Of a stretch of DNA of 64,000 nucleotides, positions 54,389 through 62,812 are shown piece after piece. Positions within the stretch are counted from its first letter, which is position 1; every line of letters begins with the position of its first letter. Source of the stretch: Vulcanimicrobiota bacterium (lineage in GTDB: Bacteria; Vulcanimicrobiota; Xenobia; Xenobiales; JADMJV01); the NCBI GenBank assembly GCA_050250895.1, contig JBFWNU010000002.1, positions 695,659 to 759,658 on the forward strand. Reading direction: 5' to 3'. Below the pieces are notes generated by a model. The model did no database searches, was not told the DNA's origin, and saw only the letters and a program-made list of their open reading frames with translations. Both the position numbers and the translations under genes were made by a program.

Positions 54389-55120
54389 TTATACACCACA
54401 TCCGAGCAGAGCGGGCAGCAGCTCCTCGGCCCGGCCGAGATAGACCTCGTCGAAATCGGGGTTCTGGGCCTCGTGCGCCTCGAGGTTGACCAGGATGGTT
54501 CGCGCTCCCTGGTCCCGCGCCTGATGCACCAGGCCGGCGGCCGGCATGACCAGCCCGGAGGTGCCCACGGCGATAAAGAGCTGGCAGTCTTCCATGGCTA
54601 CCCGCAGAGCCATGGGCGCCACCGGTGGCAAATACTCATCGAAGAGCACCACGTCAAAGCGGCATAACCCTCCGCAGGTGGGGCAACCGGGCGGTTGGTT
54701 CAGGTCGCAGTAGTCATCTTCGAACGGCTTTTGCGGACAGGTCGGGTCGAGGCAGCGGGTGCGATGAATCGAGCCATGCATCTCGAAGACACCGGTGGTT
54801 CCGGCCCGTTGATGCAGTCCGTCGACGTTTTGGGTCAAGACGCAAACCCAGCAGCTGTGGTCGCGGGCCTGAAAGTCGGCGATGGCCTGATGGGCGGCGT
54901 TGGGTTTGGCGGCCGCGGCTCGCTGGCGCAACGGGGCGAAGGTTTGCCAACTGGCCACCGGGTCTTGATGAAGGGCCGCGGCGGTGGCGCGGCTGGCGAG
55001 TTCTTGCTCGTTCCAGATGCCGCCCGGCCCACGATAGGGGCGCAGGCCCGAGGCCACCGAGATGCCGGCCCCGGTGAGAAAGACGATCTTGCTATAGTCC
55101 TCAATCCGGATGGGGTTCAT
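54389..55120 (-). CDS. cobB: NAD-dependent protein deacylase (sirtuin)
   Basis: TGAGISVASG, TQNVDGLH, HGS, two Cys pairs and VGTSG. Confidence 0.9.
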   Translation of the reverse strand: MNPIRIEDYSKIVFLTGAGISVASGLRPYRGPGGIWNEQELASRATAAALHQDPVASWQTFAPLRQRAAAAKPNAAHQAIADFQARDHSCWVCVLTQNVDGLHQRAGTTGVFEMHGSIHRTRCLDPTCPQKPFEDDYCDLNQPPGCPTCGGLCRFDVVLFDEYLPPVAPMALRVAMEDCQLFIAVGTSGLVMPAAGLVHQARDQGARTILVNLEAHEAQNPDFDEVYLGRAEELLPALLGCGV

Positions 55121-55985
55121 GGTTCCACCAGCTTCTGAGACTCTTGATCAGGCGGGCGATCCCGTCCGGGTCGGCTCGCAGGCGCTCGGAGAGTTCCATG
55201 TGGACGAAATAGCCTTCGCTGACCAGGGGCCGCTGTTCGTTGGTGGTGGCCCCGAGATGGCGAGTCGACTTGCTTTGATAGGTCGGAATCGAGACCTCGA
55301 ATCCGTCCTCTTGCAGGCAATCGCGCAGACGGCGCAGGCGGGGCGGATCGAAATCATCGTCAAGACCGTCAGAGAGCACGATCTGGCGGCTTTCGGGAAA
55401 GTCGTCGAAGCGTTCGTGAGCCCGCTGCGAAGAAAACCCGTGCACCTGAAGCACCACGGTGCCGGGGGCCACCGCCCCGGCGTGCCAGGCGTTGAAAACC
55501 GTAGCGCGAGTGTGGGTCATATCGGTGATGGCGTGGAACGGATGCTGGGGTGAGGGCTCGGGGTGGTTGCGACGGTGAGCCCCGGCCACCAGCAGAAAGT
55601 CGGCTTCGAGGGCCACGAAGGCGGCTACCGCGATCTCGGGGGTGCCGCGATCGGCCAGGGGATGAGGCGCCTCGATCACCAGGCCTGAACGGCCCCCAGG
55701 GCGAGCGATCACCCGGCCCCAGCCGCGTTGATAGCGGTCCTGAAAGATCATCAGGCCCGACTGGGCCCGGCATTCATAGTCGAGCCGCTCGGCCAGTCCG
55801 CGGGCCGACTCGAGGCGACCCATTTTGAGGGCCGAGGCCATGGCATACGCCAGATCGCGCTGGCTGCGCGTGGGGGGTTGGTAGCTAGCCTGATCGGCCC
55901 CGAAGCTGACGGCCACCTCTTCTTCCCACAGGGTACCCTGACCGGCTAGCGCGCCGGCCATCCAGAGCAACAGCAACCATCGCAT
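55101..55985 (-). CDS. Secreted putative Zn-dependent hydrolase (poly-gamma-glutamate hydrolase/FGase-like fold)
   Basis: Signal peptide; IEAPHP, QVHGF and VHMELS motifs. Confidence 0.55.
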   Translation of the reverse strand: MRWLLLLWMAGALAGQGTLWEEEVAVSFGADQASYQPPTRSQRDLAYAMASALKMGRLESARGLAERLDYECRAQSGLMIFQDRYQRGWGRVIARPGGRSGLVIEAPHPLADRGTPEIAVAAFVALEADFLLVAGAHRRNHPEPSPQHPFHAITDMTHTRATVFNAWHAGAVAPGTVVLQVHGFSSQRAHERFDDFPESRQIVLSDGLDDDFDPPRLRRLRDCLQEDGFEVSIPTYQSKSTRHLGATTNEQRPLVSEGYFVHMELSERLRADPDGIARLIKSLRSWWNHEPHPD

Positions 55986-56057
55986 GGGATAGGTTTTGCC
56001 GTCGCCCGGGCCTCTCCTGGGAGAGGAATCTAAACTCACCGTTCGAACTCCAATCCA

Positions 56058-57965
56058 ATGTTTTTCCTGGCTCCGAGTGTCGCCCGTCTATTGGAGGCTG
56101 CTACCAATTTCAGCGCGGGCGAGGGGCCTGGTGAGGCAGTCCAAGCAGCTCTCGGTCCCGCTCGCGAGTTTTGCGCCGAGAGCCGTGAGCTCTACCAGAA
56201 ACTGGCGGGGGGCATCCTGCGCACCGATGAAGTGGACGAGCTGCTGCGCCAGTGTGGTCTTGAACTCGACGCTCAGGCGCGTTACCTCGACGATCTAGAG
56301 CGGGCCGTTGGCGAGGACAAAGCGGTCTCGGCGGGCGAGATAACGGGACGTCTCCAGGGCTCGTTCCATCGGCTGGCCGAGCTATACTCACAGATTCAAG
56401 AGGCCGAAACCCAGGAGAAGATCTACTCTCCCTTTCCGCCGTTGGACCACTTTATCAAGGCGGGCATCAACCACCTCAACAACTACCTCGAGGTCGACCA
56501 GCTCAAGCAGCGCCTGGACCAGGTGGTGGGGCCCGTGGCCGAGCTCGAGGGACGCGTCTATCGCTTCGAGATTCTTTATGGCGACGAGCAGAAGACGGCC
56601 CAAGCCCGGCAGGCTCTGACCGCTCTGCAGGCGGGCCTCGGGGCGGTGGCTCAATACCTCGACACCAATCAGCGTCCCGCCCTGGAGGACGGCTTGCGGT
56701 TGCTGGGCAGCTCGAGCACGGTGCTGTTCGGACAATTGGCCGAGTTCGACAAGCAGGTGGTGACCCACTATTCTCGCTTTCGGTATCTCGACGAGTTCTT
56801 GCGGGCCCTAGAACTCTATCACCAGGCTCCCGAGAAAATCCCTCTGGGGCTGGTTTATGCCACCTGGAACGGCGTGGGCCAGGTAGTGGCCTTCTATCAG
56901 CGCCAGCTCGAGGGCGTGTTGCGTCTGAGTCTTTATCCCGAGTTGCGCGAGCAGTGGGAAGCGGCCGAGCAGGCCTGGCGCGAACTGGGTGAGATCTACA
57001 ACCAGGTCAACGCCGGTCTCAATCCGCTACCCACTCTCGACCAGGTTCCCAGGCTGCAGCTCGAGCACGCCTTCGAAGTGTTGGTCACCGGGGTCGACAT
57101 CCTCTTTCAACGGCTCGAAGAAGAAGTCACCCGTTTTCGCCACGCCCCTCACCTTGAGGGATTGCGCGAGCTGGTGGGCCGGGCCCAGAAGGGCGAACTG
57201 CCCGACGGCCAGCTCCGCCAGGCGCTCAGCGAGTACCAGCAGCGCCAGCAGGAGCTGGGCCAACAGCTTTCGCGCCAGCCCCACGACCCCGTCAATCAAG
57301 AAATGATGGCCCTGTTAGGCGTGCATGGGGCGGCCTTCGCCGAGATGGAACTCTACTTTGAAGACCAGGACCGGGGCCATTTCGGGGCCGGTTGGAAAAT
57401 GATGGAGGGAACCCTCGAGCGGCTGCTGGAACTGGGTCAAGAGGTCGAGCGCCGGGTAGCACCGCGGGGCCGAGGTCCCAAGACGGTCACCTGCTTTCGC
57501 TGCAGCGCCGCCAACCCCACCGACCGCCGCATGTGCCAGGCTTGTGGAGCGGTTCTGCCGGTGGTTCCGACCGGCCCCGAGGCCACCCTCGACATCACCG
57601 GAATGGGGGTCACGGGGGCGGCCGAGAACGCCCTCGAGGAAGTGCTTTCAGCGGCCGAGAGCGGCACCATCACCCGCCACGAGTTGCGCGAACGCATCGA
57701 CGACCTGCTCGAGCGGGCCGGGGTGGCTCGCCAGGGCTTCGAGAAGAAGCTCATTCCCTTGATGGGACGAAGCGCCGAGCTTGACGCTTATCTACGCTTT
57801 TTCGCCCAGAGTATCGGGGCCTATGTCCAGGGCCTGCTCCAGGTGCGCGGCTTCGCCGAGGGCCAGAATGTCTCTCACCTGATGTCGGGTGGGTCCCAGG
57901 CTCGCGAAGCGGCCGAGAACATGGAGCTGATGAAGCAGAAGATCGACGAGGCTTTGACGGGGTAG
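56058..57965 (+). CDS. Large helical-repeat protein with internal zinc ribbon
   Basis: All-helical; CFRC...N...CQACG. Confidence 0.8.
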   Translation: MFFLAPSVARLLEAATNFSAGEGPGEAVQAALGPAREFCAESRELYQKLAGGILRTDEVDELLRQCGLELDAQARYLDDLERAVGEDKAVSAGEITGRLQGSFHRLAELYSQIQEAETQEKIYSPFPPLDHFIKAGINHLNNYLEVDQLKQRLDQVVGPVAELEGRVYRFEILYGDEQKTAQARQALTALQAGLGAVAQYLDTNQRPALEDGLRLLGSSSTVLFGQLAEFDKQVVTHYSRFRYLDEFLRALELYHQAPEKIPLGLVYATWNGVGQVVAFYQRQLEGVLRLSLYPELREQWEAAEQAWRELGEIYNQVNAGLNPLPTLDQVPRLQLEHAFEVLVTGVDILFQRLEEEVTRFRHAPHLEGLRELVGRAQKGELPDGQLRQALSEYQQRQQELGQQLSRQPHDPVNQEMMALLGVHGAAFAEMELYFEDQDRGHFGAGWKMMEGTLERLLELGQEVERRVAPRGRGPKTVTCFRCSAANPTDRRMCQACGAVLPVVPTGPEATLDITGMGVTGAAENALEEVLSAAESGTITRHELRERIDDLLERAGVARQGFEKKLIPLMGRSAELDAYLRFFAQSIGAYVQGLLQVRGFAEGQNVSHLMSGGSQAREAAENMELMKQKIDEALTG

Positions 57966-59171
57966 ATGTCTCTTCGCGCGCGATTGTTGCATCTCGAACG
58001 CAGCGGCTGCTTAGAGGTCAATCCGGCCAGAAAGGCCGCTCCCAAACGCAGCCTCGAGGCTCTTTTGCCCGGCGAAGCCGTCGAGAATAAGTTCGGAGCC
58101 TTCTATCGCCATCAGCAAAGGGTCGAGCTAGCTACCCCATACGGCCCTCGTTCGCTGCTGGGTGCGCTGACTTTGCCCTGTGCCGAATTGGTTTCGCTCT
58201 ACGCCAGTCTGGAAGGCATCTGCCCCGAGCGGGTTCTCTATCTCGATACCGAGACCACCGGGCTTTCTGGGGGCAGTGGCACTTATGCCTTTATGGTCGG
58301 GGTGGCCTGGTTCGACCAGGGCGAACTGCGTCTGGAGCAACTGATCATGCGCGAGCACGCCGAAGAGAAGGCCTTGCTCGAGTACCTGCGCCCTCTGCTC
58401 GAAGACACCAGTGGCCTGGTGACCTTCAACGGCAAGAGCTTTGACGCGCAGCTTCTGCAGACGAGATTCATGATGAATCGCTTGCGAGTCTGTTTCGAGG
58501 ATATGCCGCATCTGGATCTGCTGCATCTGTGTCGCCGCATCTGGGGCGCCGGTTTGGTCGACTGCCGTCTCGAGACCCTGGAAGAGGCGATTCTGGGTCT
58601 GCCCCGCCACGATGACGTGCCGGGCTGGATGGTGCCTCAGATTTACTTTCGCTTTCTTCGCGGGGGCGACGCCAGGGGACTGGCCGGCGTGGCCGAGCAC
58701 AATCGGCGCGACCTGATGTCGATGGTAGGACTGGTGTCTGTGCTCAGTCATCATCTATCCGACCCGCTAGCTTTTCGTGAGCCCATCGAGGATGTGGGCC
58801 TGGCTCGCCTCTATGAAGATTTGGGCCAGGAAGAATTGGCCCGCGAGTTGGCCGAACGGGCCCTGGATTGGCCCTTGCCGCGCCCGGCTCGAAGAGCTTG
58901 TATGCTGCGATTGGCCCGATTGCGTCGCCGCGCCGGGGACCGCGACGGGGCGGCCGCCCTGTGGCGGGATGTGCTCAAGGAGCACCCTGAAGATGCCGAG
59001 GCTTGCGAAGAGTTAGCCAAGCATCTCGAGCATCAGCGTGGCGATTATCAACTGGCTTTGCGGTTGGTGGAGCGGACCCTGCGGACCGCCCGCCTCACTC
59101 CTGGACGCCGGCGCAGTTTCCTGTCTCGCAGGGAGAGACTCCGTCGACGGCTGGAGGGCTCTGGCGCCTGA
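57966..59171 (+). CDS. YprB/MrfB-like DEDD exonuclease (RNase_H_2) with TPR tail
   Basis: YLDTETTGL, TFNGKSFD, HLDL, HNRRDL and ELAKHLEH motifs. Confidence 0.88.
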   Translation: MSLRARLLHLERSGCLEVNPARKAAPKRSLEALLPGEAVENKFGAFYRHQQRVELATPYGPRSLLGALTLPCAELVSLYASLEGICPERVLYLDTETTGLSGGSGTYAFMVGVAWFDQGELRLEQLIMREHAEEKALLEYLRPLLEDTSGLVTFNGKSFDAQLLQTRFMMNRLRVCFEDMPHLDLLHLCRRIWGAGLVDCRLETLEEAILGLPRHDDVPGWMVPQIYFRFLRGGDARGLAGVAEHNRRDLMSMVGLVSVLSHHLSDPLAFREPIEDVGLARLYEDLGQEELARELAERALDWPLPRPARRACMLRLARLRRRAGDRDGAAALWRDVLKEHPEDAEACEELAKHLEHQRGDYQLALRLVERTLRTARLTPGRRRSFLSRRERLRRRLEGSGA

Positions 59172-60372
59172 GGGTGGTCTGGATGACCTCGCCCAGAATG
59201 CGCTTGCGAGCCGCCCTGAGTTGGCGCCGTTTATAGCTGGTGTGAGAGCTTTCGCCGTTGAGGCTCTGCAGATAGTTGTCGTGATCGGTGATTTGCACCT
59301 CATAGGGGAAGTAGAAGCACACCTCACGGGGATGGTCTCGGGTCAGTTCTTCCAGCAGGGCGGGGTCGTTGAGCCTGGCCCGCATGCGGTCGACCACGCT
59401 ACGGGTGGGGTTGGGCACCCTCACCAGGTGGCGGCAGGTGAACTGAATCGAGCGGAAGGTGGGGCTCGTAAACGGGTTCTCGATGCGGCTCTCGACATCG
59501 CGCGCCTCCGCGTCGGGACGATGCTCCATCTGGCGGGCAAACTCGAGGTCGCGGTCGTGTTCTTCGGTCGAGTTGCCGGTGCGGGTCAGTCGGGTCAGCG
59601 CTTCATAGGCCGAGCGGAAACTGTCGAGATTGACCAGGGTGTTGCGTGAGCGCCCCGGCGTGATGTGCGGCACGCTCACCAGGTTGTTCTTGCGCAGGTA
59701 TTTCAGGGCCAACAAAGCCTCGACCTTGGTCTGGGTGATCATCTTGACCCCCATGCGGTCGTAGACCTCGGAGGCCACGTTGTCGGGTTTGTGCAAGAGC
59801 TTGAGAATCAAGCTCGAACGACTTTTCTGCTCTTTGTAGAAGACCCCCATCAGGGCCACCGAGCCCTCACCCTTGCCCAGGCGCAGTTGGCCGGTGTCAT
59901 CGGTGGCGATGTGCTCTTGAAAGCGCCCCAGAATCTGGTCTTTGATGACCTCGTAGTAGGGGGTCCGCATGGCCCGGTTAGCGTGGCTGATGGTGTGCAT
60001 CACCCGTAGCACGGCGCAGGACCACTGGGCCAGCAAGTCGCGCTCGGTATCCGAGGCCCGGACCAGCAGGTCGAGCACGCTGTCCGGATTGGCGATCTGG
60101 GGGGGGACCACCAGGTTGAGGTCACCATCTCGGATGCCCGGGCAGAGAAACCGCTCGATGAAGGCCACCGCCTCTTGATGGACCTCGTCCACTACGGCCC
60201 GGTCCTCGGGATGGGTCATGTCATAGCCGTAGGGAGCCAGGAAGTCGATGGCTTCTTGATGGCTGGCTAGCGGCAGGCCGGTGAGGTCGATGGGCGAGAA
60301 GCCTTCCAGAAACAGGCGGAGGATTTCCCAGGAAAATTCGTACTGGGCTCCTAGCCCGTGGTCAAACGGCAT
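59095..60372 (-). CDS. TIGR04552-like protein (RelA/SpoT-type nucleotidyltransferase fold)
   Basis: KSRSSLILKLLHK, YDRMGVK, FRSIQFTCR, FPYEVQI and HTSYK motifs; start reassigned to ATG 60372. Confidence 0.8.
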   Translation of the reverse strand: MPFDHGLGAQYEFSWEILRLFLEGFSPIDLTGLPLASHQEAIDFLAPYGYDMTHPEDRAVVDEVHQEAVAFIERFLCPGIRDGDLNLVVPPQIANPDSVLDLLVRASDTERDLLAQWSCAVLRVMHTISHANRAMRTPYYEVIKDQILGRFQEHIATDDTGQLRLGKGEGSVALMGVFYKEQKSRSSLILKLLHKPDNVASEVYDRMGVKMITQTKVEALLALKYLRKNNLVSVPHITPGRSRNTLVNLDSFRSAYEALTRLTRTGNSTEEHDRDLEFARQMEHRPDAEARDVESRIENPFTSPTFRSIQFTCRHLVRVPNPTRSVVDRMRARLNDPALLEELTRDHPREVCFYFPYEVQITDHDNYLQSLNGESSHTSYKRRQLRAARKRILGEVIQTTLRRQSPPAVDGVSPCETGNCAGVQE

Positions 60373-60378
60373 GGGCTC

Positions 60379-60408
60379 ATTATAGTGGGCCGAATGCTCC
60401 GGGATCAA
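60379..60408 (-). promoter_or_regulatory. Sigma70 promoter, leaderless arrangement
   Basis: Minus strand reads TTGATC-N18-TATAAT-N6-ATG. Confidence 0.7.
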
Positions 60409-60489
60409 GGAAGTCTGGCAGTTTGTCCCGAAGCATGCCGCACGAAAAAAATTCTCGGGCTCAAAAAGCCCGTTAAAACGGAGGTGTAG

Positions 60490-60948
60490 ATGCGTTCCAT
60501 TCTGACCAGGGCTCTGTCCATTTTTGCGATGGGCCTGGCATTGGCGGCCGGTCCCGCTGCGGCGGAAGATGTGGTCGTGCCGACCAACACTTTCAAGGGC
60601 AAGATCACGTTCGTGAAAGGTGAACAGGCGGCCGTGGTTCACCAGAACGCCTATGTCATCGTGACCGTCAATGACTCGACCTGGCGTCAGGGCCTGGTCG
60701 AACGCGGGGCCAAGGCCACCGTGGTCTACCGAGTGGGCGATAACATGGCCCTCAAGATCTGGACCGATCACGCCGAGCCGCCCGATGAGGAAGAAGAAGC
60801 CAAGGCGGACGAGAAGAAGGGCCGCAAACCGCGTCCGAAGCCCACCGACGAAAAGGCTAGCGAGACCAAAGAAGCTCCCAAGGAAGCTCCCGCCGAAGCC
60901 CCTAAAGAATCCACCGAGGGCGACGCTGCTCCCGAAGAAACCAAATAG
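60490..60948 (+). CDS. Secreted hypothetical protein with charged disordered tail
   Basis: GGAGG SD; signal peptide ending AAA|ED; small beta domain; E/K/P-rich tail. Confidence 0.8.
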   Translation: MRSILTRALSIFAMGLALAAGPAAAEDVVVPTNTFKGKITFVKGEQAAVVHQNAYVIVTVNDSTWRQGLVERGAKATVVYRVGDNMALKIWTDHAEPPDEEEEAKADEKKGRKPRPKPTDEKASETKEAPKEAPAEAPKESTEGDAAPEETK

Positions 60949-60968
60949 TCGGGTTCCGTTCTGGCTAG

Positions 60969-61001
60969 AAGGGCCGTCCTCCGGGCGGCTCTTTTGATTT
61001 T
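60969..61001 (+). terminator. Intrinsic terminator
   Basis: AAGGGCCGTCC-tcc-GGGCGGCTCTT followed by TTGATTTT. Confidence 0.7.
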
Positions 61002-61051
61002 GGCTGGCCGCGCGGTGCGGGACTCTGTCTGAGTCTGACGAAGCCAGCACA

Positions 61052-62812
61052 ATGTCCAAGAAATGGTTGGCCCTGACGCTGCTGGTGGTCGTGAACCTGT
61101 GGTTGTTCGGCGCCGTCTTCTGGTCGACGTGGGCTTACCCCATCGGTTATCTGGGGCGCGTCGGGGCAGGCATGGTCTACCTCGCCCTGCTAGGAGTGCT
61201 GGTGCTCGGGCCGATCGTGCTGGTGCGTCGCTTCAAGAAGGGCGATGTTTTCGTGGTCTTGGGCCTGGTCAACGGTCTGGCCCTGGCGCTGCTGGTCTGG
61301 CGGCAACCGGTTTGGACGCGCCTGGGCGAGCACGGTCTCGCCCTCCCCAGGGCCCTTTTTTCGACGGCCCAACCAGGGCCTGGTCCGTCGGTGGCTTCTC
61401 CGACACCCACGCCTGCGAATTCGCCCGAGACCCCGGTCGAGACCTCGCCAACCCCATCAACCCTATCGACGCCATCGACGCCGAGTCCCGAGCCCGAGCC
61501 GTCCGGAGAGGCCGAGGTAAGCCGCTTTCTTCCCACTCTTGATTCGAAGTGGGAGCGCGTGTTTGCGCCCGAACTCCCCTCCATGCAGTTCGAATATGAC
61601 GCTCGCAACATCGGTGCTGGCGACGAGTTGGAGATCGGTTGGAACGGTCCCGACGGCCAGGGTTCGCACCCGGTGCCCTCCAAGTCGGGTAACGATTTGC
61701 ACGCTCGGGTTCCGGCCCCCTCGGGGGGCTGGACTCCGGGCCGCTACCAATTCGAGATGGTGGTCAATGGCAAGTCGCAACAGCAGCTCACCATGTGGTT
61801 CTATGCCACTCAGAAGTCGGCCGAGCTTTCCGAGTTGTTCGAGGCGCTCTACCAGGGCGACGGGCAAAAGGCGTTGGAATTGCTGCTCCGCCATCCGGAG
61901 TTAGCCCAGATGCGCGGGCGGGATCCCGAGTTGGACCATCTGGAGAAGTCCCACAGCCAGGCCGACATCAAGGCCCATCGGCTGGACAAACTCACTTCGG
62001 TGTCGGTCGAGGGTCAGACCATCTGGCCCGACGGCGGCACCACCGCTCTCCACCTGGCTTTGACCCGGGCCCCCGAGGTGACTCGGCGTCTACTCGAACT
62101 CAAGGCCCCCCTCGACATCCCCGACCACAAGGGCTTCTTGCCCACTCACCGGGCCGTGCTGGCCGACCGAGCGGACCTCCTGGTCAGGTTGCTCGAAGCG
62201 GGCGCAGAACTAGAAGGAAGAGAGGGCACCCAGTCGTTGACGCCCCTGCAGCTGGCCGTGCGCCAGAGGAAGGGGGCTAAGTGCGTCAGGGTCCTGCTGG
62301 AGCGGGGGGCCGACCCGAATCTGACCTATGATCTCCGTTCCCCTCTGCAAGACGCCTGCGCCGTGGATAACGTGGAGGTGGCGCGACTGTTGCTCGAACA
62401 TGGACTGACCGCCCCCCCTTCGCTCTTTCTGGTCAAGGGTCGCGAGATGGCCGGATTGTTTCTGAGCCACGGGGCCGACTTGGAAGAGCGTAATCAGAAG
62501 GGCCAGACTCCGCTCATCGCGGCCTGTTGGGCGGGTTACGACGAAGTCGTCGAGAAACTGGTCCAGGCCGGGGCCGATGTCAACGCCAACGATCGCCAGG
62601 GCTTTACTCCGCTCTACGGCGCTCTGACCAGTTGCCGGGCCGAGACGGTAAAGGTGCTGCTGGAATACGGTGCCCGACCCGAGGCCACCAACAGCGATGG
62701 AAAGACGCCCGAACAGTATCTACGCTCGACCATGACCGGACCGGGAACTGGAGAGCAAGACCAGCAAAGGCGACAAGAGAACCTGGAAGCGCTGACCAGT
62801 GCCCAACCCTAG
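61052..62812 (+). CDS. Three-TM membrane protein with Ig-like domain and ankyrin repeats
   Basis: Three TMs, a Pro/Thr/Ser linker, WTPGRYQFEMVVNG, and GTTALHLA, TPLQLA, GQTPLIAA and GFTPLYGA ankyrin repeats. Confidence 0.85.
   Translation: MSKKWLALTLLVVVNLWLFGAVFWSTWAYPIGYLGRVGAGMVYLALLGVLVLGPIVLVRRFKKGDVFVVLGLVNGLALALLVWRQPVWTRLGEHGLALPRALFSTAQPGPGPSVASPTPTPANSPETPVETSPTPSTLSTPSTPSPEPEPSGEAEVSRFLPTLDSKWERVFAPELPSMQFEYDARNIGAGDELEIGWNGPDGQGSHPVPSKSGNDLHARVPAPSGGWTPGRYQFEMVVNGKSQQQLTMWFYATQKSAELSELFEALYQGDGQKALELLLRHPELAQMRGRDPELDHLEKSHSQADIKAHRLDKLTSVSVEGQTIWPDGGTTALHLALTRAPEVTRRLLELKAPLDIPDHKGFLPTHRAVLADRADLLVRLLEAGAELEGREGTQSLTPLQLAVRQRKGAKCVRVLLERGADPNLTYDLRSPLQDACAVDNVEVARLLLEHGLTAPPSLFLVKGREMAGLFLSHGADLEERNQKGQTPLIAACWAGYDEVVEKLVQAGADVNANDRQGFTPLYGALTSCRAETVKVLLEYGARPEATNSDGKTPEQYLRSTMTGPGTGEQDQQRRQENLEALTSAQP

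Noticed and set aside
54389-55120. SIR2 defence NADase (Thoeris/DSR)
   Set aside because: It is a canonical Zn-binding CobB-type sirtuin of ordinary size with no defence partners.
60373-61059. N-terminal extension of the 654-aa minus-strand ORF
   Set aside because: It is antisense to the secreted protein at 60490-60948, and a leaderless promoter supports the start at 60372.
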